DNA from: Candidatus Latescibacterota bacterium
Lineage (GTDB): Bacteria; Latescibacterota; UBA2968; UBA8231
Length of the DNA: 64,000 nucleotides
Direction of reading: 5' to 3'
Assembly (NCBI GenBank): GCA_965203355.1
Contig: OZ241889.1
Coordinates: forward strand, 1,440,001 to 1,504,000
Shown: one piece after another, positions 55,853 to 64,000 of the stretch
Position numbering within the stretch: the first letter of the stretch is position 1
How the letters are laid out: each line of letters starts with the position of its first letter
Notes under the pieces: generated by a model
The model's input: the letters and a program-made list of their open reading frames with translations, nothing else
The model's database searches: none
What the model was told of the DNA's origin: nothing
Translations under genes and position numbers: made by a program

Positions 55853-57145
55853 CTAGCGGGCTATCGCTAGCTGCAACGCCTCAACGGCGCGGTCAATGTC
55901 GGTCTCGTCGTTGAAGATGTGCGTGGAGATGCGGATGGCGTTGTAGTTTTCCTTGGGTACGCCCGCGTCTTCCACAAAGGCGTACGTGCCTTGGGCTGGT
56001 TTGAGGAAGATGTCGCGCTTTTTCACGGCCGCGACGACTTCGCTGTGGTTGCCGCTGGTGAGCGAGAAGCTGACGATGCCAGCGGACAACGCGCGCTGGG
56101 GTGGGGTGATCGGGGTGAGTTGGGGGATTTCCGCGAGGTGCTGGCGGGCGTAGGCGCAGAGTTGGCGGCAGCGTGCTTCAATGCGCGGGCGGCCGATGGT
56201 GTTGTGAAAATCCATCGCCACCCCGTGCGCGACAATCTGCGGTACATTGCGGGTGCCAGACGAGGCCGAATAGGTGCTGTAACCGGAATACGTGAACACG
56301 GGCCGGACGCGATCTTGCACTTCCCGGCGGATGTAGAGCAGGCCCGTGCCCTTGGGTGCGAGCATCCACTTGTGGCTGCTGGAGGCATAGGTATCCACGC
56401 CGAGTGCTTTGACGTCGACGTCGATCATGCCCGGGGCTTGCGCTCCGTCGCAGACCAGCAGGATGTCGCGGGGGCGGGTGAGGGCGGCGATGGCGGCGAG
56501 TGGCATTTGCAGCCCGGTGATGGTGTCGATGTGGCTGAAGCTGCACACGCGGGTGCGCGGCGTTAGGTGATCCTCCACTAGTTGCAGGATCTGGGCGGCA
56601 TCGCGCACGGGATTGGGCATTTTGATGTAGCGAACCACGACGCCGCGGGTGTGCGCCAAGTGCTGCCAGCAGACCATGCCGCCGCCGTGCTCGTGATTGG
56701 TCGTCAGCACCTCGTCGCCCGGCTGGAGATCGAGGCCGCTGGCTACGTGATTCATGCCTTCGGTCGTGTTGCGCGTCAGCGCGACTTCTTCCAGTGCGGC
56801 CCCAATGAACTCGGCCCCTTTAGCGCGCACCACTTCCATCTCATGGCCGAGGCCCCCCCAGGTGTTGGCCAGCGGATTGCCCTCCAACTCGGCGAGATAC
56901 GCTGTCAGGGCGTCCGTCACCACGCGGGGCGTCGCGCCAATGCTGCCGCAGTTGAGATGCACGAGCCCCGGGTGCAGGCGAAACTCTCGCCGGACGCGCT
57001 GCCACAGGGCGCGTGCGCTGCTGGCGCCCGCCACGTCTCGATTGAGGGAGCCGAGCCGCTCGGCCAGCCCGGCCGCGGCGTTGGGAAGGAATGGGGTTGC
57101 GGCCGCGGCCGCGGCGATTCCTTTGAAGAATGCTCTGCGTTCCAT
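55853..57145 (-). CDS. Class V PLP-dependent enzyme with Tat signal
   Basis: ERRAFF Tat motif; TRNTTEG, CDGAQ, SSHKW. Confidence 0.88.
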   Translation of the reverse strand: MERRAFFKGIAAAAAATPFLPNAAAGLAERLGSLNRDVAGASSARALWQRVRREFRLHPGLVHLNCGSIGATPRVVTDALTAYLAELEGNPLANTWGGLGHEMEVVRAKGAEFIGAALEEVALTRNTTEGMNHVASGLDLQPGDEVLTTNHEHGGGMVCWQHLAHTRGVVVRYIKMPNPVRDAAQILQLVEDHLTPRTRVCSFSHIDTITGLQMPLAAIAALTRPRDILLVCDGAQAPGMIDVDVKALGVDTYASSSHKWMLAPKGTGLLYIRREVQDRVRPVFTYSGYSTYSASSGTRNVPQIVAHGVAMDFHNTIGRPRIEARCRQLCAYARQHLAEIPQLTPITPPQRALSAGIVSFSLTSGNHSEVVAAVKKRDIFLKPAQGTYAFVEDAGVPKENYNAIRISTHIFNDETDIDRAVEALQLAIAR

Positions 57146-57196
57146 GAATTATCCTGTGCGTTTGTGGGTAGTACTAGCTCAGTCTATACTTTTTGT

Positions 57197-58384
57197 ATGT
57201 CTTGGTGCAAATCCTCTCTGCTCTTGTTGGCAATTGTCGGCTGGGCGGAAGCAACCGAATCAGCGCACGAAGCGCAGGGCGACCGCTCGATGCGCGCTGG
57301 CCATTACGGCCAAGCCGCCAGCCACTACCAGCGCGCCGTTGATCAGGGCGCGAGATCGGCGGTGCTCTACCGCAAGTTGGCCGCGGCCGCGGCGAAAAAC
57401 GAAGCCCTGCCCGCGGCCGTCCGCGCGTACGAGCAGGCCATGGCCCTAGCGCCGAGCCATGCCAAGACGCGGACCGAATTGGCTATTCTGTTTACGCGCC
57501 TCGACCGCTACGACGATGCTTGGGCCTTGCTCAAACAGACCGTACGGGAGCAGCCCGACCACGCCCGAGCGCACCTGGTGCTGGGCTTGCTACACGCTCG
57601 CGAGGGGCGCTATCCAGCCGCGATGGCCGCCTATCAGCGTGCGATTGCGGCCGTGCCTAGCTACGGAGAGGCGTGGTTCAATCTCGGCGAAGCCTATCTC
57701 AAGCAAAACGACTATGCGGCCGCTGAGCAAGCCTTTAGGCGGGCCGTAGCGGCGGACGCGACCTCGGCCCAATTTCGCAATGGTTTGGGGCGCAGCTATT
57801 ATCTCCGGCGCGACTATGCGGTGGCCGCGGCCGAATTTAGCCGCGCCGTGCGGCTGGATTCGCTGTTTGCCCAAGCCCGCTTCAACCTCGGCAATGCGTT
57901 GCTGCGCGCTGGGCAGAAGGAAGCAGGGCGACGCCAGCTCGCGCTGTACAAGCGGCTCGACGACGAAGAAGAGCGAATCGCCATGCTAAAAAACACCTTG
58001 GCGACGCATCCAGACGACGCGGGCGCGTACCACGACTTGGCTGTGGTGTACGGGCAGCGCGGCCAATACCAAGAAGCGCGCATCCGCTACCTCCAGGCTC
58101 TCGACCGCGACCCGACGTTCGCGCCCGCGCACCACAACCTCGGCAACATCCACTTCCGCCGCGGGGAAATGGCGGCGGCCGAGCAGCGATTTCGCCAAGC
58201 ATTGCAAGCCGATTCCACGTATGCCCTCGCGCACTTGGGTTTGGGCAATGTCCAGATGTTGCGCAAGCAGTACGAGCGCGCCATGGCCTCCTTCCGCTGC
58301 GGCCTGAGCTACCTGCCCGACCACCCCAAGCTCCGCCGCAATCTCGCGGTCGCCGAGCAAATCGCCGCGCAGGTGGGCCCATGA
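57197..58384 (+). CDS. Tetratricopeptide repeat protein (module copy 2)
   Basis: Signal peptide; TPRs; shares LDSLFA(R/Q)ARF.LGNALLR, GRRQLALYK, YGQRGQY.EAR and ADSTY.LAHL with copy 1. Confidence 0.9.
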   Translation: MSWCKSSLLLLAIVGWAEATESAHEAQGDRSMRAGHYGQAASHYQRAVDQGARSAVLYRKLAAAAAKNEALPAAVRAYEQAMALAPSHAKTRTELAILFTRLDRYDDAWALLKQTVREQPDHARAHLVLGLLHAREGRYPAAMAAYQRAIAAVPSYGEAWFNLGEAYLKQNDYAAAEQAFRRAVAADATSAQFRNGLGRSYYLRRDYAVAAAEFSRAVRLDSLFAQARFNLGNALLRAGQKEAGRRQLALYKRLDDEEERIAMLKNTLATHPDDAGAYHDLAVVYGQRGQYQEARIRYLQALDRDPTFAPAHHNLGNIHFRRGEMAAAEQRFRQALQADSTYALAHLGLGNVQMLRKQYERAMASFRCGLSYLPDHPKLRRNLAVAEQIAAQVGP

Positions 58385-60018
58385 TGCCGCGCATTATGGT
58401 GTGGGCCAGCGTTGTGTGCGCCGCGCTCGCGGCCGCCGATCCAACCCCGCAATTTGTCGAGATCACCGAGGAGGCGGGCCTAGATTTTCGCTATGTCAAC
58501 GGGGCCAGCGGCCACAAGTACATGGTGGAAGCCGTCGGCTCGGGCGCGGCTTTTTTCGACAGCGATGGCGATGGGTGGCTCGACCTGTACATTGTCAATG
58601 GTGCGCCCATGCCCGGTTATCGCGGCCCGACTAGTCCCAACGCGCACTATCGCAACCAACGAGATGGGACCTTTGCCAATGTCACAGCCGCGGCTGGCAC
58701 GGGCGACGCGGGCTTTGGCATGGGCGCGGCGGTCGGCGACTACGACAACGATGGCGATGCGGATTTATACTTGACCAACTACGGGCCGAATGTGTTGTAC
58801 CGAAATGAAGGGGTCGGGGTTTTCGCGGACGTCACAACGGCCGCGGCGGTCGGGGATGCAGGGTGGGGTACGCACGCGGCTTTTGTCGATTACGATCGCG
58901 ATGGCGATTTGGATTTATACGCGGCCAATTACATGGAGTTCGACCCGGCTCAAAACGAGGAATGCTTTGCTGGCACGGTGAGGATTTACTGCGGCCCCAA
59001 TACATACCCCGGGCAAGCGGGCGTGTTCTACCGCAACGACGAGGGGAGCCGCTTTGCCGATGTGACGGCACAAGTCGGCCTCGCCGACGATTCGGGCCGC
59101 CAGCTCGCGGCGGTATTTGGCGATTGCGACAACGACGGAGACGCCGATCTGTTCGTCGCCAACGACAAGCGGCCCAACTTTCTCTTCTACAACAACGGCG
59201 ATGGAACGTTTAGCGAAAAAGGCGCTGAGGCCGGCGTGGCGTACAACGAGGAAGGGTTGGCCGAGTCGGCGATGGGGGCCGATTGGGGCGACTACGACAA
59301 CGACGGCTTGCTCGACATTATTGTGGCGACCTTCCAGTGGCTACCCAACACGCTCTACCACAACGATGGCGATGGGTTCTTCACGGATGTCACGTTTGCG
59401 GCCAACTTAGGCGTGTCCAGCGTGCCGTATCTCGGCATGACGTCCGCCTTTTTCGACTACGACAACGACGGGTTCCTCGATGTGTTCGTCAGCAACGGGC
59501 ACCTCGACGAGAACGTGGAAGAATACGACCCGGCTACCACGTATCCACAGCGCAACCAGCTCTTCCGCAACCAAGGCGACGGTTCGTTTGCCGAGGTGAC
59601 CGAGCACAGCGGGCCGGGGATGTTGGTCGAGCGCGTCAGCCACGGCGCGGTGTTCGGCGACTGCGACAACGACGGAGACGTGGATATATTCGTCTCGGAC
59701 TCGGCTGCTCCTCACTGCACCCTGCTGCGCAATGATGGCGGCAATGCCAATCGCTATCTGACGGTTGAGGTCGTTGGCACCGCGAGCAATCGGGATGGCA
59801 TCGGCGCGCGCGTCCGCGCCGTGGCCGGCGATTTGGTGCAAATGCGAGAGATCCGCCGCAGCTATGGCTATATGGGTTCTAACGACGTGCGTCTGACAAT
59901 CGGCTTGGGCGACCGAACGCAAGTCGATACATTGCAAGTCCATTGGCCTAGCGGCGCGATGCAGACGCTGGTGGGGGTGGAGGCTGATCAGCGTATTGTG
60001 ATTCGGGAGGATCGCTGA
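58381..60018 (+). CDS. CRTAC1/ASPIC-UnbV family protein (module copy 2)
   Basis: FG-GAP DxDxDG repeats and UnbV C-terminus; clearly paralogous to 17218-18849. Confidence 0.92.
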   Translation: MMPRIMVWASVVCAALAAADPTPQFVEITEEAGLDFRYVNGASGHKYMVEAVGSGAAFFDSDGDGWLDLYIVNGAPMPGYRGPTSPNAHYRNQRDGTFANVTAAAGTGDAGFGMGAAVGDYDNDGDADLYLTNYGPNVLYRNEGVGVFADVTTAAAVGDAGWGTHAAFVDYDRDGDLDLYAANYMEFDPAQNEECFAGTVRIYCGPNTYPGQAGVFYRNDEGSRFADVTAQVGLADDSGRQLAAVFGDCDNDGDADLFVANDKRPNFLFYNNGDGTFSEKGAEAGVAYNEEGLAESAMGADWGDYDNDGLLDIIVATFQWLPNTLYHNDGDGFFTDVTFAANLGVSSVPYLGMTSAFFDYDNDGFLDVFVSNGHLDENVEEYDPATTYPQRNQLFRNQGDGSFAEVTEHSGPGMLVERVSHGAVFGDCDNDGDVDIFVSDSAAPHCTLLRNDGGNANRYLTVEVVGTASNRDGIGARVRAVAGDLVQMREIRRSYGYMGSNDVRLTIGLGDRTQVDTLQVHWPSGAMQTLVGVEADQRIVIREDR

Positions 60019-60130
60019 GGCGGTTTGACGATAGGGAGGTCTTGGGCGATAATTTGAATTGTGGTTGGTCGGCGGTTCAGTTTATCCACTCGACGCTGAT
60101 GTGTGCTATGACTAAAAAAGGAAAAAGGCC

Positions 60131-60427
60131 ATGCACTTTATAGTATCGTGGGATATTAATGCCGAAGGCGAGGAGTGGGATGCGCTCAACGCTCAGTTAA
60201 AAGAGTGCATAGAAGACTATTCTTGGGTGCGCCCACTGAGCACTTTTTACGTCGTTAGGGTATCCGCTCCGCAAGAATGGCAAGAAATCAAGAAAAGCCT
60301 CATAGAAGTAGCTGAGGATTCTTCAATTAGGATACATCTCGTCATTGGTCCTTTAATGTCTGGGGGGCAATACGAAGGCTATCTTCCCCAGGATTTTTGG
60401 CCAGAATTGGAAAAGAGAATAGCCTAA
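60131..60427 (+). CDS. Small hypothetical protein, possible Cas2/VapD-like ferredoxin fold
   Basis: MHFIVSWDI N-terminal strand ending in Asp; AAGG RBS; lower GC. Confidence 0.6.
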   Translation: MHFIVSWDINAEGEEWDALNAQLKECIEDYSWVRPLSTFYVVRVSAPQEWQEIKKSLIEVAEDSSIRIHLVIGPLMSGGQYEGYLPQDFWPELEKRIA

Positions 60428-60963
60428 TGAGAGAGTCTGGCCAAGACACGGAATCTGCAAAGCACTTCGAGACTGACTTCGACTCGCCTACGCCACTTGC
60501 TAGAACAACCGTGGTAGTCTCCGTGCCGCAGAACCTTAAATGGGTGGACAAGCATATTGAAAGTTCGAAAGCACTTTTTGGCTCTAAAGAAGATGCGCTG
60601 AATAGGCTTTATGACCTACGGATGGAGTGCGCCGAACCTGACTGGGATGGCTATGGTGCCGAGGCCATTAGCCCAATCGCGTTTGAGCGCAGCGAACAGT
60701 TCATCCGTCGGTTGCCGGAGGGCTTGCCGTTACCGGAAATATCCGTGGAGCCGGATGGCGAAATTGCTCTCGACTGGTCTCCGACTCCGACGCAGACATT
60801 TTCTGTAAGTATAGGTACTGGGGCTCGAATGGCTTGTGCTTGGGTTAATGGGACAGAGCACGGACACGTAGTGGTGTCCAGCAATAATGGTGAGATTCCT
60901 CTGCGCATCCTTCAAGAGATTCAATACATAACCAATAATGATTCTGTCTTCAGGACTACCTGA
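60427..60963 (+). CDS. Hypothetical protein with WDGYGA motif
   Basis: PDWDGYGAEAIS..LPEISVEPDGEIALDW; TAATG coupling to the upstream ORF. Confidence 0.65.
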   Translation: MRESGQDTESAKHFETDFDSPTPLARTTVVVSVPQNLKWVDKHIESSKALFGSKEDALNRLYDLRMECAEPDWDGYGAEAISPIAFERSEQFIRRLPEGLPLPEISVEPDGEIALDWSPTPTQTFSVSIGTGARMACAWVNGTEHGHVVVSSNNGEIPLRILQEIQYITNNDSVFRTT

Positions 60964-61150
60964 AGAAGTTGCCGATGGCGAGCCGCTTGCTCGTTTTCTC
61001 ACTTCTTCTGGGCAATTCAATAGGTCGGCGGTTAAACAAGCTGCTTTTTTGCCAAAGAAACAGCCATATTGCTCGCGCAAAAGGCTGAACTCGTCCTATT
61101 TCCGGCGACCTAAAAAAATCCTATTACCACGTGCAATACCCACTAGCTAG
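60938..61150 (+). pseudogene. Probably truncated small ORF (toxin-like N-terminus)
   Basis: LPEEVADGEPLARFL..FNRSAVKQAAFLP, then the sequence degrades into the PPIase upstream region. Confidence 0.4.
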
Positions 61151-62489
61151 CATCTTCGCGCTCCTCGTCTTGAGCAGCGCAGCGCTAGGCGCGGAGGAAA
61201 CAGTCCTGCGCATCGGCGATAAGAGCATATCCGTAGAGGAGTTCGCGCAAACAGCGCAAAAGCTCCGAGAGACCGGCTACAGCCACGTTGAGGCGTTAGA
61301 TCGGCCGGGCAAGCAGGAATTGCTCGATGGCGTCATCGCGCGGGAATTGCTCATTGCCGAAAGCCTCCGGCGCGGATACGACCGCGATTCGGCTATCGCC
61401 CAAGCCGTGGCTAAGAGCGAGCGCCAAGCACTGATGAACAAGCTCTACGAGCAGGAAGCCGTGCAGGCGTCGTATTCGTTTACCGAGGAAGAGTTGCGGG
61501 CGTTTTTTGCCGGGCGGCAATACGACATTGAAGTGTTCAGTCAGCACATTGTCTGCGCCACCGAAGAAGAGGCCCGGCTCGTCCTTGAACTGCTCGAGGA
61601 AGGGACGCCTTTTGAATCGCTGATCAGACCCTATTCGCTGCCGAACATCCAGCAGCGCTTTGGTCCCGGCGGTTGGGTCGGCTGGTTCAAGGTTGGGGAA
61701 GTGTTCGACGAGCTGAAAGAGCCGCTGGGGACGATGCGCCCCGGCAGCACGTACCCCGAACCCGTGCGGACGTCCATCGGCTACCACGTCTTTCGGCTCA
61801 AGGAACGGCGTCCGGTTGACTTCGCGGCCGTGCGCGAGTGGGTCGAGGGACAAGCGCGGCTCCAAAGCCGCGCCGACGACATGGAGCGCTACGTCGTTGC
61901 GCTGCGCGAGCGGTATGAGTTGGCGCTGGACGCGGAGGTTTTTGCCGAGTTGCTCGCCCTTCCGCCGCAAGCGACGCAGTGGAAGGGAGGGGAGGCGCCG
62001 CTGCTCACTTGGCGCGGAGGCCAGCTCATAGCGCAGGAGTACCTCGCCTTAGTCGAGCGGGGCCGTGCGCCGCACCCGGCCGAACTCGACAGTGCGCGTC
62101 TGTACAAGGCCGTGGACAATCTCGCCGGCAAGCAGATCATGGTGGCGGAAGCCCGCAAGCTGGGGATCGCCGATGATGCGGATATCCGCGCCAGCGTCGA
62201 GCGGGAACGAGACGCCCTGTTGGTCAAGCGGCTCTACCAAGCCGAGGCCGAGCGGGCCGGGGAAATCGGCGACGAAGCCGTGCGGGCCTTTTACGATCAG
62301 CACCTCGATCAGTTTACGCGCCCGGATGGTCAAGTAGTGGATTTTGCTTTTGTGCGCGAGAGCATTCGCGCGGCTCTGCGAATGCAGGCCGAGACCGAGG
62401 TCATGGACGCGCTATTGGCCGAGTTGCGCGAGGCGTATGCCGGCCAAATACAGGTGTTCCCAGCGGCGTTGGAAAAAGCGTTTGAATGA
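61131..62489 (+). CDS. PpiC/SurA-like peptidyl-prolyl isomerase (module copy 2)
   Basis: HIVCATEEEA, QRFGPGG.VGWFK, GYHVFRL; paralog of 18866-20209. Confidence 0.82.
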   Translation: MQYPLASIFALLVLSSAALGAEETVLRIGDKSISVEEFAQTAQKLRETGYSHVEALDRPGKQELLDGVIARELLIAESLRRGYDRDSAIAQAVAKSERQALMNKLYEQEAVQASYSFTEEELRAFFAGRQYDIEVFSQHIVCATEEEARLVLELLEEGTPFESLIRPYSLPNIQQRFGPGGWVGWFKVGEVFDELKEPLGTMRPGSTYPEPVRTSIGYHVFRLKERRPVDFAAVREWVEGQARLQSRADDMERYVVALRERYELALDAEVFAELLALPPQATQWKGGEAPLLTWRGGQLIAQEYLALVERGRAPHPAELDSARLYKAVDNLAGKQIMVAEARKLGIADDADIRASVERERDALLVKRLYQAEAERAGEIGDEAVRAFYDQHLDQFTRPDGQVVDFAFVRESIRAALRMQAETEVMDALLAELREAYAGQIQVFPAALEKAFE

Positions 62490-62490
62490 T

Positions 62491-64000
62491 CTAGCGATCC
62501 GTGCCCAAGCCCGCGTACACCGTGATGAAGGAGAGCAGTTCGGACGAAGCCGGCGATCCGTCAAAGCTGTTGCGGATCCAGCGGGCGCCGACGTTGGTCG
62601 TCAAGGCGTAGCCCAAGTACGCGGAGTTGTTGGCGACTTGGGCGGCGAGCACCCACGTGGTGCCGTCGAGCAGGTAGCCCGAGGGCAGGGGATTTGGGGC
62701 GGGGCGGAGATTGTTGAACAGCTCGCACTCGGCTCCGGCGATGAAGCTCATGTTGCGGTTGATGCTGCGCACGGCTTGCAGCGAGAAAATTTCCGTTAGC
62801 TCGCGGATTTTGAGTGCGTTGGGCTGGGCTGGCACTCGGCTGTTGTAAAGCTGTTTCCACTTGGGCACCAGAGTCCATCCGCGAATGTGGGTAGAGTACT
62901 CGCCTTTGACCACAATGCCCAAGAAGTGCTGGTCGCGCAACTTGTTTTCCCAATCCCCTAATTGCCGATAGAATTCGTGTTTGACCTTGACCGTCAAAGG
63001 CAGGTAGCGGTCGTAGTGTACTTCGAGATATGTGGTGTTGATGAAGGCGTTGCGCGCCAGCAAGAGGTCGCGGGTAAAGACCGAGCGGCCGCGCGTGCCG
63101 GGCAGGTCGCGCCACAGCAGCACATCGTCGGGAATGTCGTCTTTGACCCGGCGCGGATTGGCGATCAGCCACGCGCTGAAATCCTTTGCCGGGAGCTCCT
63201 TTTTTGCGGTCAGCAGCAGGTAGGCGGCTTGGTTTTCCCGGGCCGTTTCCAGCAAGCTCTGGTCGAGATAGCCGACCATGAGGTTCATGCGCGGCAAAAT
63301 CTCGATGGCGGCATAGGTGTTGAATCCTCGGCGGCCCAGTTTGTAGGGATAATCGGCTTCTCCGTCGTCCTCAAAGCGGTCGATGACGCCATTGCTGTTC
63401 ATGTCCATGCCGAACAAAAACTCCGGCGGATCCACGTCAAAGCGCAGAAACGGCTCCTCGTAGTCGGGCTGGGTGTTGAAGTTGCGGTTGAAATCCGAGA
63501 TGTCGTCGTTGTCTTCGTCAATGCCCGGAAAGACCGCGGCGTCGGTCAGCAACTGCTGCCCCTGTCGCGTGTTGACGCGGCTGCCGAACGTGCGCCGCGT
63601 CCAATCCGGTAACTCGTCTTGATCGTCGTTGTCATCGACGAATTCGTACAGGTGCCGTTGCTCGTTGTCGTAAAACACCTCTCCCTCGGCGTTGGGGATG
63701 AAGGCGCGGGTGGAGTAATCGGCGTCGATGCTGAAAACCTCGGCGAAAAAGGTGTAGGGATAGCTGCGCTTCTGCGCGGTCGCGTACATGGCTTGGGCCG
63801 CATGGGTCGCCAGCGTCTGGTTTGTGGCCATGTTCTCGTTGGGAAAGCGGCGGTACTGAAAGTTGCGGACAAACTCGCCCCGGAAGTCAAAGCCTTGCAG
63901 GTCGGCAATGGCGAGGTCAAAGCCCAACATGCGGGTCCCGGTCGGCAGGCCGTAGCTGAACCGGTGGAATGCCTGATTTGAGCCGTCCTTGACGTTGCCG
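62491..64000 (-). CDS. Large Asp-rich putative outer-membrane protein (module copy 2), 3' part; 5' end outside the window
   Basis: Frame is open to the window edge (GNVKDGSNQAFHRF..); shares FVDDNDDQDELPDWTRR, LRGE.VRNFQYRRFPNEN and GYALTTNVG.RW with 20556-23189. Confidence 0.85.
   Translation of the reverse strand, partial: GNVKDGSNQAFHRFSYGLPTGTRMLGFDLAIADLQGFDFRGEFVRNFQYRRFPNENMATNQTLATHAAQAMYATAQKRSYPYTFFAEVFSIDADYSTRAFIPNAEGEVFYDNEQRHLYEFVDDNDDQDELPDWTRRTFGSRVNTRQGQQLLTDAAVFPGIDEDNDDISDFNRNFNTQPDYEEPFLRFDVDPPEFLFGMDMNSNGVIDRFEDDGEADYPYKLGRRGFNTYAAIEILPRMNLMVGYLDQSLLETARENQAAYLLLTAKKELPAKDFSAWLIANPRRVKDDIPDDVLLWRDLPGTRGRSVFTRDLLLARNAFINTTYLEVHYDRYLPLTVKVKHEFYRQLGDWENKLRDQHFLGIVVKGEYSTHIRGWTLVPKWKQLYNSRVPAQPNALKIRELTEIFSLQAVRSINRNMSFIAGAECELFNNLRPAPNPLPSGYLLDGTTWVLAAQVANNSAYLGYALTTNVGARWIRNSFDGSPASSELLSFITVYAGLGTDR

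Noticed and set aside
56582-57196. N-terminal extension of the 600-aa TPR ORF in the track
   Set aside because: Overlaps the minus-strand PLP enzyme; the signal peptide and the paralog support a start at 57197
60131-60427. Possible CRISPR-associated cas2
   Set aside because: No cas1 or array nearby; only a weak fold resemblance

Overview
GC-rich bacterial chromosomal segment with no rRNA, tRNA, CRISPR array, integrase or intact transposase that I can see. Gene content (CRTAC1/ASPIC-UnbV proteins, FlgD/CHU_C-tailed secreted proteins, DUF6785-type membrane protein, many Gfo/Idh/MocA oxidoreductases, a C-terminal TAVE..TW..IK tail) suggests a Latescibacterota/Gemmatimonadota-like lineage; this is inference only. 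In order: an RND efflux operon (MFP plus two AcrB-type subunits), a Fic gene behind an AT-rich palindromic tandem repeat, nrfHA with a CxxCH-type NrfA, and a ~16 kb cell-envelope module. The module is TPR > CRTAC1 > PpiC-type PPIase, converging on a large Asp-rich putative outer-membrane protein, three FlgD/CHU_C-tailed proteins, a lipoprotein and a CBM9-like protein, and it is bracketed by a degenerate 34-bp promoter-like direct repeat. A diverged second copy of the module's first four genes starts at ~57.2 kb and runs off the window. Between the copies lie sugar-type oxidoreductases, a decayed VapBC pair, prpD, and a type I RM locus carrying a PD-(D/E)XK-like ORF plus an XRE-ImmA/DUF4411 pair between hsdS and hsdR. 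A set of exported amino-acid enzymes (RidA, glycosylasparaginase, class V PLP enzyme) follows. Many genes are deletion-scarred fragments or chimeras. All family calls come from motif recognition by eye, not database searches.
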